A DNA stretch of 64,000 nucleotides from Mucilaginibacter sp. KACC 22063 (GTDB lineage Bacteria; Bacteroidota; Bacteroidia; Sphingobacteriales; Sphingobacteriaceae): contig NZ_CP117877.1 of NCBI RefSeq assembly GCF_028736115.1, forward strand, positions 4,534,187-4,598,186, given 5' to 3'. Shown in pieces: positions 50,994-59,835 of this stretch; the first letter of the stretch is position 1, and each line of letters starts with the position of its first letter. A program made the translations under genes and the position numbers. The notes beneath the pieces were generated by a model. It searched no databases, was not told where the DNA came from, and worked only from the letters and a program-made list of their open reading frames with translations.

Positions 50994-52080
50994 AATCAGG
51001 TATTGCCTCCCAAGTATATTTCCTTTTATAAGAATTGAATCTATTATATTCGATTTTTCCGAAATGCTGCATCTGACCAATCAAAATACCTGCAGAAACA
51101 CCAATTTTTGAGGCAAAACCGATAATAAGCCTTTTATTGCTCACTGGCAATTTCATCATATTTTCGCGATAAATAGAGGGTATTAATTGTTCAGCAGCAA
51201 ATTCATTGGCTTCCTTTTCTTCTTCGCTTGTAAGCCTGTTTCTGCTAATTTCTTCAACAAACACAGAGTTTTGCCCATGCAATAACAAGTGGCCAGCCTC
51301 ATGAAAAAAAGTAAACCAAAAGTGATCATCAGTCAGATAACGAAAGCTGAGCATTAATAAAGCTCTATTTGGACTCAAAAATTTAGTTACACCACTCGCC
51401 TGACAACCATTAGGAGTTCGAACAATCGCAATAGCAACTCCACATTTAGCACAAATCGCCTTTAGCTTAGGCAAGAAAATCTCAGGTTCTTTAATTTTTG
51501 TTAGTGAACGTATTTCTGTTAGTGATGCTGCAAACAGTGCGGCATTCCAGTCTTTACATTCTATCGATTGACTTTGTATTTCTCCCTGTCTAAGCCATGC
51601 CGCGACAGCAGCTGGCTGTTGTTTGAAACTGGAAGATGTCCGAAATGACACTTGCGCCATTTCTGCTTGATATTTATTATGCCACTCATTGATATCAGAG
51701 ACTCCGAAATAAAGTAGCAATGCGTCAACACTTTTAGCTACCTCTTCCTTTATCCACCCGAAGTTTATCATATCACGTATTGGCAAAAGCTTAAGCCATG
51801 ATTGTTCCGCAACCTTTTTCAACCTCACAAGCCCTTCTCTGTATTGAAATTCTCTTCTTAACCAAAAGTCGACAGATGCACCAAGTATTTCTGAGAGCTT
51901 TTGAGACGTTTCCTCTGTAATTACCGCAGTACCATTCAAAAGCTCATTTATAAAACCTATGGAACTATTCATTTGAGCTGCGAAATGATGTACAGATATC
52001 TTCTTTTCTTCCAGTAATTCAACAATTGTGTCTCCTGGTACTGAAATCCAATTAGGTTTAAATGTTTCTGTGGTTAACAT
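50983..52080 (-). CDS. XRE-family HTH fused to ImmA/IrrE (COG2856) zinc metallopeptidase domain; HigA-like antitoxin/regulator
   Basis: N-terminal HTH (ISVHHFAAQMNSSIGFINELLNGTAVITEETSQKLSEILGASVDFW). C-terminal FTFFHEAGHLLLHG (HExxH of ImmA/IrrE). Starts 2 nt after the HigB-like ORF. Confidence 0.8.
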   Translation of the reverse strand: MLTTETFKPNWISVPGDTIVELLEEKKISVHHFAAQMNSSIGFINELLNGTAVITEETSQKLSEILGASVDFWLRREFQYREGLVRLKKVAEQSWLKLLPIRDMINFGWIKEEVAKSVDALLLYFGVSDINEWHNKYQAEMAQVSFRTSSSFKQQPAAVAAWLRQGEIQSQSIECKDWNAALFAASLTEIRSLTKIKEPEIFLPKLKAICAKCGVAIAIVRTPNGCQASGVTKFLSPNRALLMLSFRYLTDDHFWFTFFHEAGHLLLHGQNSVFVEEISRNRLTSEEEKEANEFAAEQLIPSIYRENMMKLPVSNKRLIIGFASKIGVSAGILIGQMQHFGKIEYNRFNSYKRKYTWEAIPDFNR

Positions 52081-52082
52081 AA

Positions 52083-52400
52083 TTATTGGATTTTTACAAT
52101 TTTAATACGATTAACTTTATTCCAATCTAACTGATCTTCCTTATTTAACGGCTGATGTTGATGAACAGAAAGAAAAATAAGAAAATGTGACGGCAATATT
52201 TCAATTTGGTAAGCAGGCCGACCTTCCAAAACTACTTCCTTTGGAGAACCCGTAGGAATATCCATTACACAATTTGCAGCCATAATATCAGCTAATCGTG
52301 TTTTAAGCTTTTTAGCAAAAACACTACCCAGTTGATCCTGAGCAAATTCCTCATTTTCACAAATCATGCGCAATGTTGGATCTGAAAAAGAGATGTGCAA
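52083..52400 (-). CDS. HigB-like (RelE/ParE superfamily, plasmid-maintenance killer-type) toxin
   Basis: 105 aa. Resembles HigB from memory (KKLKTRLADIMAANCVMDI vs HVKKLRMRLDVLDAAECLHDL; PAYQIEILPSHFLIF vs HSIRINDQWRICFVW). Toxin-first order with an HTH partner downstream. Confidence 0.6.
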   Translation of the reverse strand: MHISFSDPTLRMICENEEFAQDQLGSVFAKKLKTRLADIMAANCVMDIPTGSPKEVVLEGRPAYQIEILPSHFLIFLSVHQHQPLNKEDQLDWNKVNRIKIVKIQ

Positions 52401-52595
52401 CGCTTATTATATACTTAAAAGTCAATGATAAAGTTTGGGATCTCTGAATGAAATCATCGACAAAACTATTAAAAAATACTTTATTTAGAATTGATTAAAG
52501 GGTTTAATGTATGAATTGTTGATAAAATTAACAGTTGTTGAAAGTATAAAACGCATGATATATATTAAGCCCGTTAAAAAGCCTATTTTGTATCA

Positions 52596-52976
52596 ATGAT
52601 CATCCCAGTTGCTGCTGCCATAATAATAAAGGACAATAAGATTATGATTGCCAAACGATCACAACATAAGCATTTGGGTGGCTTTTGGGAGTTTCCTGGC
52701 GGTAAAATAGAGGCTAACGAGACTGCTGAAAACTGTTTGTTACGCGAACTAAATGAAGAGCTCAAAATAAAAATAAAAGTAATTAGCTATTTGGCTGAAA
52801 ATACATACGATTATGGCTCAATAAAAATTTTGCTTAAGGCATTTATATGTCATTTTATAAGTGGGCAATTTACACTAATTGACCACGATGAAGTAAGATG
52901 GGTGACTACTAAACAACTGCAAGATTACAATATGGCTCCTGCGGACATTCCATTCCTGAAATTACTTACCAACTAA
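52596..52976 (+). CDS. Nudix hydrolase, MutT/NudG-like (8-oxo-dGTP / (d)CTP pyrophosphohydrolase family)
   Basis: 126 aa. Nudix box GGFWEFPGGKIEANETAENCLLRELNEELKI. Confidence 0.85.
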   Translation: MIIPVAAAIIIKDNKIMIAKRSQHKHLGGFWEFPGGKIEANETAENCLLRELNEELKIKIKVISYLAENTYDYGSIKILLKAFICHFISGQFTLIDHDEVRWVTTKQLQDYNMAPADIPFLKLLTN

Positions 52977-53291
52977 TAGAATGAGCAATGTAAGATTCTT
53001 GATATATCCTTCTAACTACGTTTCTTAACCTATGTAATAAATCGATCTTATTTAATCGATACCATATTTAGTTGAAATCAGGTACAAGTGTTCGCTTTAG
53101 TGGAATTCCCCAAAAAATAGGCATTAAAAACACAGGTTCGATTCCTATCCGAAATAATATAAAAATGTCAACCTTACAGAAATTCGTCAATTACTAGCCT
53201 CTTATCGTTGCTTAGGTAAAGCAGTAGGTAAAATTTTAGATGTTTTTAGTATAATAAATATTAAAAACATCTCTCTAAATTGTGGCGACGA

Positions 53292-55286
53292 TTAGATTAC
53301 TACTAACAACCGTCGTTTTAGCAATTCTACAACTTGTTGTGTAAACAGATTTTTTAATTTATGATTTTCTTGTGCGCCATTTTGCTGAAATAAATCACAA
53401 AATTTTCTGAATCCCTCATTCATATTATTTCTGCCGTCAAACACCATTATAATGTAATAGGCTAGAGAGCTTATCTCAAAATGAATGACTTCATAAACTG
53501 AATGTATCTCAAAAAGAAAATGAGATTTGCCTTTCAAGTTTTTTGATGGCAAATGCAACGGGACATCTATCTGGTTAATATTCCAATTTGACTTGTAAAT
53601 TTTACAATATGGATTTAATCTAAGTATGACATTTTCATCGATACAATCATTCAAAATCTTGTTACCTAAAAAACTTAAATTTCTTCTTTCAACGTAGCGT
53701 TGATATTCAAAAATAAAATTATTATAGTCATTGCAATCACTCAAAAATTGGTGTTTACTCAATTCAAAGTCAAAAACTGCCTTTATAAGTTTATTTTTCA
53801 AATCGTGAGATTTCAGTCTATATAGGTCTTTAATCATTTTCTTGACAAAGAAAGACGGATGCTTATTGACTTGTTCGATTTCAAGGGATCTCAATGCGTA
53901 AATATGATTACCTACATGTTTTATTAAAGCAATAGTTTTTGGAAAGGCTTTTGAAAACATCTTATCTCGGATGTTCGAAAGTTCTAAATTAAATCTTTTA
54001 ACAGGCGAAGGGCTTTCGGGAATTAATATGTCCATCATCTTACTTTCTTTACGAAGTGATATCAAATAAAAATAACCAACACCGGCAAGGCCATTAAATA
54101 AACCTAAATTATTCTCAGGGAGTGCGGTTGGAGCAACTAGTCCTAAGACTCCTATTCTCTTTGCCTGCGATGATGCAGCTATTGCTATATTTTCGATCAA
54201 TTCTTCTTGGTAAGTATTGGGAAACATTTCTACGAATTGACGCAGCAAGTAGGCATTTCCTCCTACAGCATGGCATAAAGTATAATTACTATAATTATTT
54301 TTTATTTTACTTATTGAAGCGATTGTTGCATTTAATGCAATCGTCGCATCTTTAAGATATTTCTTGTCTCTAAAAAACTCATACATCTTCAATCTACACA
54401 TTCCAATTCCTGCTGCACCATGGCACCATGCGATCATCAATCCAGGTTCATTAAGTTTACTCATCTGAGCGCGATAACCGCTTTCACTCAAACTTTCGCT
54501 GTATTCAGAAGTGTCCTCAGAACGAAAATCAGGCCAGTTATCATGTGACTTATCAAATAGTTGATCTTCATACAAGTAGGCTTTGTCGATTAGGTATTTA
54601 ATATCAGGGTTTCCAAAAAACTTATAAAGTTCCGTTAATACCCATAACATGCCGGATACTCCATGTGCAAAACCACATAGACCAGCCATATAAATTTTTG
54701 ATTTCTCCCAATAAATTGATCCATTGGCTGACAGACAATGATTTTCAATTAGATCATTTGTAAAAAATTCAATTTGTTTTACAATTTTGATATCTTCTGT
54801 GATCGAGTATAAATTTAAAAGTGCCAAAATAGCACCGCCCGTTCCAGAAATCACATCTTTATTTTCCATCCAGTGAAACTGATTGTCAGTATCACAGTCC
54901 TTCATTACCCTTCTAGCTTGCGCTAAGAGATAGTTATCACCTGTGATCTTGTAAACCTTAGTAAGTACATAGGATACCCCCCCTCTCCCAGAATAAAAAC
55001 CGTAATTATTTGCTGAGTTATTTTCGCAAAAATGAATTAACCAGTTAGCGGCTTTTAAAATTACGTCTAAAATTTCCTGATGCTTGAAGAATAAATAAGC
55101 CTCAGACAAAAACAATATTATCCCAGCATTACCTGCATAAATACTATCGCCAACAATCTTATCATAACATTTTGTCAACCTATTATAGTTAATTGTCTCC
55201 CAATAATAGCCTTGCTCATCTTTTAACTTACTAGCAATTATTAGGTTTAATATTTCATTAAGCGTGTAATGTGTCTCGGAATCCAT
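53292..55286 (-). CDS. LanC-like lanthipeptide cyclase with ~240-aa C-terminal extension of unknown function
   Basis: LanC motifs SGTGGAI, GFAHGVSG (GxAHGxxG), AWCHGAAGIG (WCxG) and LCHAVGG (CH Zn ligands) in residues ~30-430. Residues ~430-664 unassigned. Confidence 0.8.
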   Translation of the reverse strand: MDSETHYTLNEILNLIIASKLKDEQGYYWETINYNRLTKCYDKIVGDSIYAGNAGIILFLSEAYLFFKHQEILDVILKAANWLIHFCENNSANNYGFYSGRGGVSYVLTKVYKITGDNYLLAQARRVMKDCDTDNQFHWMENKDVISGTGGAILALLNLYSITEDIKIVKQIEFFTNDLIENHCLSANGSIYWEKSKIYMAGLCGFAHGVSGMLWVLTELYKFFGNPDIKYLIDKAYLYEDQLFDKSHDNWPDFRSEDTSEYSESLSESGYRAQMSKLNEPGLMIAWCHGAAGIGMCRLKMYEFFRDKKYLKDATIALNATIASISKIKNNYSNYTLCHAVGGNAYLLRQFVEMFPNTYQEELIENIAIAASSQAKRIGVLGLVAPTALPENNLGLFNGLAGVGYFYLISLRKESKMMDILIPESPSPVKRFNLELSNIRDKMFSKAFPKTIALIKHVGNHIYALRSLEIEQVNKHPSFFVKKMIKDLYRLKSHDLKNKLIKAVFDFELSKHQFLSDCNDYNNFIFEYQRYVERRNLSFLGNKILNDCIDENVILRLNPYCKIYKSNWNINQIDVPLHLPSKNLKGKSHFLFEIHSVYEVIHFEISSLAYYIIMVFDGRNNMNEGFRKFCDLFQQNGAQENHKLKNLFTQQVVELLKRRLLVVI

Positions 55287-55494
55287 TATAAAATTTGATG
55301 TTTAGCTTCCTGTTCAATATTTCATTAACTTCCAATATAGTAAACTTGGCAAACTAACAACTACAGGCCTTAAATTTTGACATTTTCAGTTCCATGTCTA
55401 AAAAATTCATTAAATAAAATTCATATAAAACCTACTTTGAATATGAAAAAAATTTATCTTAGAGAAGATTTATAACCTGTAAATAAATTTTATC

Positions 55495-55785
55495 ATGAAA
55501 AAAAAATTAGACCTAAGTGAACTCAAAGTTCAGTCCTTTATCACATCTCTCGACGAAGCTCAAACAAAATCTGTCAAAGGCATGAGTACAGGTACCGACC
55601 CAACATCTCAAACAAACTATGTGGAATGTTGCAATACCACATTTGATCCGTGGAATACTTCTGCTACGTGTTCGGTTGCATATTGTGCCACGACAGTTCC
55701 AAGAGAATGTGATGCAACAGGAATGTACTACGCAACTTGTGACGGAAGTTGTCCAACTCAAACTCCTGGCTATGGCGATTGCTAA
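55495..55785 (+). CDS. lanthipeptide precursor peptide (LanA-like)
   Basis: 96 aa. Leader MKKKLDLSELKVQSFITSLDEAQTKSVKG carries an LDL box like the class I FNLD motif. The C-terminal ~66-aa core has 8 Cys, 14 Thr and 5 Ser. Sits between the LanC and LanB-C genes. Confidence 0.75.
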   Translation: MKKKLDLSELKVQSFITSLDEAQTKSVKGMSTGTDPTSQTNYVECCNTTFDPWNTSATCSVAYCATTVPRECDATGMYYATCDGSCPTQTPGYGDC

Positions 55786-55850
55786 TTGATAAACGGGTCA
55801 TTCCGACTTTACAGAATGACCCGTTTATCAATCAGCGATTTTAAGCATAA

Positions 55851-56768
55851 TTAAAAACCACCTATCCCTATCAGTAACATATAATAAAGATAGCTTTCAT
55901 CATGATTACTTATTCCCAGCCGGTTGTTTGTCATGTGCAATAAACTTCCAAGTATTCTCCACGTATCTGGCACTTTTGTCTTTTCCAAGCTAGTATCTAT
56001 GATAGAATTAAAGTTTGTTTTGAGTGCGATATAATCATTGTAAAAATTCTTTGCGTGATTATTCCAAGATTTTATGAGCTCATCATCAAACATTCCCGAT
56101 ATGCACTGATCCCAAATTAACTTTAATTTTAATTTTAAAAGTTCTTTATTTGCTTGTATAGCTTCACTAAATTTACTTTTGCATACCTCTACTACAGTGT
56201 CCTTTTGTAATTGTAGATTTTCATTTTTATTTATAATACGCCACGCATGTAAAATCCAAGATTCTATTTGAAAATTCAGAAACTGTCTCAACGATTCTTT
56301 ATCCAAGTTCATATTAACCAGAAAAATCAAATGCATTTCAAAACCACACATCATCTTTTGGTTATAATTATCTAATCTTTCCTTTTTGAATAGAGACAAT
56401 ATTATCTTTGAAGATTCGAAGAAATTTTTTTCGGCCAATCTAATTACTTTGTCTCCACCATATCGCTCTATCTCTGGAACGTATGGAACGGCCTGAACCA
56501 TTTCACCTGGTCTCTCAGTTATACCAAATTCACTTTTTAAAAATTCACTGTATTTGCTTTTTAAAACCTCATTAAAATCGAATTGAGACTTACTGCCAGA
56601 TAAAAACCGCAATCTGACATGTGGTCCCCCCTCAAAATATCGAATGAAAAAAAATTCCCCGTTTGTAGTCAGGTTCAGGTCATTAACTAACGGTTCTACA
56701 AACTTATGTATCAAAAAGTCAAGCGGCTTCAATGTAAAATATATATATACCGATTTCCAGTTTCTCAT
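55851..56768 (-). CDS. lanthipeptide dehydratase C-terminal (glutamate-elimination) domain protein, split LanB
   Basis: 305 aa. FFIRYFEGGPHVRLRF matches the hallmark of the Lant_dehydr_C / thiopeptide-type bacteriocin biosynthesis domain. Stand-alone size is typical of split LanB. Confidence 0.75.
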   Translation of the reverse strand: MRNWKSVYIYFTLKPLDFLIHKFVEPLVNDLNLTTNGEFFFIRYFEGGPHVRLRFLSGSKSQFDFNEVLKSKYSEFLKSEFGITERPGEMVQAVPYVPEIERYGGDKVIRLAEKNFFESSKIILSLFKKERLDNYNQKMMCGFEMHLIFLVNMNLDKESLRQFLNFQIESWILHAWRIINKNENLQLQKDTVVEVCKSKFSEAIQANKELLKLKLKLIWDQCISGMFDDELIKSWNNHAKNFYNDYIALKTNFNSIIDTSLEKTKVPDTWRILGSLLHMTNNRLGISNHDESYLYYMLLIGIGGF

Positions 56769-56903
56769 ACTGTAAAAATACTTTTTAAATTAATTCTAGG
56801 GCACATTCAAATGTGCTTGTAGACTATATTTGTATTAGATTAAAATATTGACTTATTTGCTTAAAAAGTTAGATATACGTCTAATGACCTATTAAACTTT
56901 ATC

Positions 56904-58208
56904 ATGACATATTGCCTTACCATTTTTAAATTAAAAAGCCTGCCGTTAGCGCTAGCTTTAGGATTCATCTCATTTTCTTTGCCAGGAAAACATAGAATAA
57001 TGTCAAATCGCTTTATTTCTTTTGAAGTTTATTCCTTATTAATTCAAGATCAAAGTGGCAGTCCGATACCATTTGCCACATTAACCAACACATCGCAGAA
57101 TTATTCACGTCCATTTGATAATACCGGGAAAATGGAACTGGAATCGAAAGATTTAAAAGCTGATGATAACATTATAATAAGTTGTCTAGGCTATCAGACA
57201 AAAAATCTTAAAGGGCTAGACATTATGTCTGTAAAATCACTTGCTGTAACACTAAAAGATGATATCGTCTCCTTACATGAGGTAAAGATTATACCTAGTA
57301 AATACGACTTAATATTTAAAAACATTCAAGCTCTACCGTTTCCACTCTATTATCAAGCTTACGCAACCGATGGTCGGTATGCTTACACTATTGGCGGGGA
57401 ATCCGGTGCTACAGTATGTACACAAGCACTAAAGTTTGACCCGCATTCTAATACGTGGAGCCTGTTAGCTAACCATTTAAAACCTACAATTCAATCAACT
57501 GCTACTTATTTACCGATTTCAAATAAAATTTATGTTTTTGGAGGAATAACCTCGCTTGTCAATTTTACATATTTTGAAAACGTTGAAACAATTGATGTCA
57601 ACACAGGGAAAGTAGAGATATTAAATGTAAAAAATCCGATGCCATCAGCATATGGTGGATCGGATACTTGGGCTAATAAAATTTATCTATTTGGAGGCTG
57701 CAGTGATATTAACAACTATACATCCAGCAAAGCAACCAACGATTTTTATGAATATGATCCCGTGACCAATGTGTTTACAAGGCTCCCGAACATGCCAGAA
57801 AAATTACAGACAAGTGGTCGAATTATAAATGGCATTTTATATATATTAGGTGGATTTAACCCGCAGAATGCACATATAAGTAGAAATATCTACAGTTACA
57901 ACATTAGAGAAAAATACTGGAAATTATTAGGAAAATTACCAGAAGAAGTTTCAGGAAACGGTCTTTCTGCTATAGGTAATTTGATATTTGTTTCGGGAGG
58001 TTATGAAAAAGAAACATTCTTAGGCTTCCTAAATACGCAAACTGGAGAGTTCACAAAGCTCAAGTCTAACATGACGGGTCGAAGACACTCAGCTTCTGTC
58101 ATTTTATATAATCATTTAATGATAATTGGGGGGAAAGGTGACGGTAATATTACCGGACTAAACAATGTCCAGGTTGCAAACTTGGAAAGTTTGATAACTA
58201 ATCAGTAA
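56904..58208 (+). CDS. Kelch-repeat beta-propeller protein
   Basis: Six repeats with xGG ends (YAYTIGG, KIYVFGG, KIYLFGG, ILYILGG, LIFVSGG, LMIIGG). N-terminal hydrophobic segment. Confidence 0.7.
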   Translation: MTYCLTIFKLKSLPLALALGFISFSLPGKHRIMSNRFISFEVYSLLIQDQSGSPIPFATLTNTSQNYSRPFDNTGKMELESKDLKADDNIIISCLGYQTKNLKGLDIMSVKSLAVTLKDDIVSLHEVKIIPSKYDLIFKNIQALPFPLYYQAYATDGRYAYTIGGESGATVCTQALKFDPHSNTWSLLANHLKPTIQSTATYLPISNKIYVFGGITSLVNFTYFENVETIDVNTGKVEILNVKNPMPSAYGGSDTWANKIYLFGGCSDINNYTSSKATNDFYEYDPVTNVFTRLPNMPEKLQTSGRIINGILYILGGFNPQNAHISRNIYSYNIREKYWKLLGKLPEEVSGNGLSAIGNLIFVSGGYEKETFLGFLNTQTGEFTKLKSNMTGRRHSASVILYNHLMIIGGKGDGNITGLNNVQVANLESLITNQ

Positions 58209-58225
58209 AAGTATAAAGTCTACTT

Positions 58226-59284
58226 GTGAATATCAGAATTACACTTTGCAGTCGTCCAGACGATCAAGAAGTCATAGATTTAAGGAAAAGAATTAAGGAT
58301 ACAAGCGGATACTCCACTTTTAGAAGCGAAGATTCTAAAAGGGAATTTACATACATTACCATTTCAAATATTGAAGAAGTCATAAATGACTCTGCCATTA
58401 AGATTTTAAGTAATCGATTTTATCACTTATTATTGAGACCCAATACTTCGAAAAGTATCCAAACCAATCAGTCGAAAATTTTTAACTGGCTAATTGAAAT
58501 TCCAATTTATGAATCAATTATTGACAAAAGAATCAAACTTACACTTGATATGTTTACGAACTATCATAAGATAAATTTCACAGTTCTTAAATCATCAAGT
58601 AGTAAAATATTATCAATAAGTCTTCTCAATCAAATACCTGAATTTTTAAGTAATTTATACACTTTACTGCTTTCTTTAACCGGCCCAGTAGATGCGCATC
58701 AAGCAAGGCACGAGATCGTATTGCAAGAGATTATTGCAAAAAAATCACGATTTGTACTTGAATTAGGATGTGGAAAAGGCAACTTTATTACACGTTTAAA
58801 TCGTGCATTGCCTGACATTCAAATCTGTGGTATTGAAATAAATCTTGATGATTTTCAACATGCGACAGCATATTTCGAACGACAAATTCATTCAGGACTA
58901 ATTTCTATGGTCAATGATTCGATATGCTGTTTTGAAAAATGGCCGCCGGGAGTTGACTGCATCACTTTAAATGAAGTAATCGAACATCTTACAGAACAAG
59001 AACTAAACCAGACCATCAAGCATATTTTTAACAACGTAAAACCGGAAGTAGTTATTATCACAACTCCCAATAAGAACTATAATAAATATCTCAAGCTTAC
59101 AGAAGAAGGGTTCCGACATCCCGATCATCGTTTTGAGCTCAGTCGCGAAGAATTTTCCAGGTTCGCAGCTAGAGTGATCAATGATCATGAATATGGATTT
59201 GAAATACTTCCTCATTGGTGGATTCGGGATGGTTTGGAATCATTGTCAACTATAGCCATTTTCACAAAATATTCTTGCACTTGA
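58226..59284 (+). CDS. class I SAM-dependent methyltransferase (C-terminal half) with unassigned N-terminal domain
   Basis: Motif I VLELGCGKGNF, acidic residue after beta-2 (GIEIN), motif IV-like DCITLNEVIEHL. Confidence 0.65.
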   Translation: MNIRITLCSRPDDQEVIDLRKRIKDTSGYSTFRSEDSKREFTYITISNIEEVINDSAIKILSNRFYHLLLRPNTSKSIQTNQSKIFNWLIEIPIYESIIDKRIKLTLDMFTNYHKINFTVLKSSSSKILSISLLNQIPEFLSNLYTLLLSLTGPVDAHQARHEIVLQEIIAKKSRFVLELGCGKGNFITRLNRALPDIQICGIEINLDDFQHATAYFERQIHSGLISMVNDSICCFEKWPPGVDCITLNEVIEHLTEQELNQTIKHIFNNVKPEVVIITTPNKNYNKYLKLTEEGFRHPDHRFELSREEFSRFAARVINDHEYGFEILPHWWIRDGLESLSTIAIFTKYSCT

Positions 59285-59307
59285 TATCTATTGGTAATTA
59301 TCTAAAG

Positions 59308-59835
59308 TCACTGAGGGTATAAGGTTTTTAATCTCATACCCACAGAGTCGACTATTTTTTCTAAAACTGAGGTTCTCTTTACAACAACCGACAAATGTAA
59401 TTTTAAGTGTGGATTTTGTCTTAGAAGTCTTTTTATTGAGGAATCGATTTTGAATTTTACAAGCGTTTCGGTTTCGGTTATAGGCGTTACGTTTAACAGC
59501 TTCAAACTTAAGGCAGCATTGCGCTTTAATTTAACATCGTAGGCTTTAATGATGATATCTTTCTCGAGCCTGTCGTCTATCGGTTTCCTTATAGGAATAA
59601 TTATAGATGAATAATAATAGCAATTATTACCTTCAGAACAATTGATTAATGTATTTGATTCAATTGTCTTTATAACCGGATAATCGATTAGAGATAACAA
59701 TAATAGTGTGAAAAATAAGAATAAAGATGATAGAAAAATTCCCCACCGTATCGCCCATGGCGGGCTGGAAAGAATTATATTATCGATTTCAACTGTATGC
59801 TTTTTAGCGTACTTTTTAGAATTTAAGTTTTTCAT
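59308..59835 (-). CDS. short HlyD-like membrane-anchored accessory protein
   Basis: N-terminal TM then IDYPVIKTIESN, like the HlyD N-terminus. Only 175 aa. Overlaps the ABC exporter stop by 4 nt. Confidence 0.45.
   Translation of the reverse strand: MKNLNSKKYAKKHTVEIDNIILSSPPWAIRWGIFLSSLFLFFTLLLLSLIDYPVIKTIESNTLINCSEGNNCYYYSSIIIPIRKPIDDRLEKDIIIKAYDVKLKRNAALSLKLLNVTPITETETLVKFKIDSSIKRLLRQNPHLKLHLSVVVKRTSVLEKIVDSVGMRLKTLYPQ

Noticed and set aside
53120-53152. Possible tRNA gene
   Set aside because: Only the T-loop/T-arm consensus is present. No acceptor or anticodon arms can be built, so it is not called as a tRNA.
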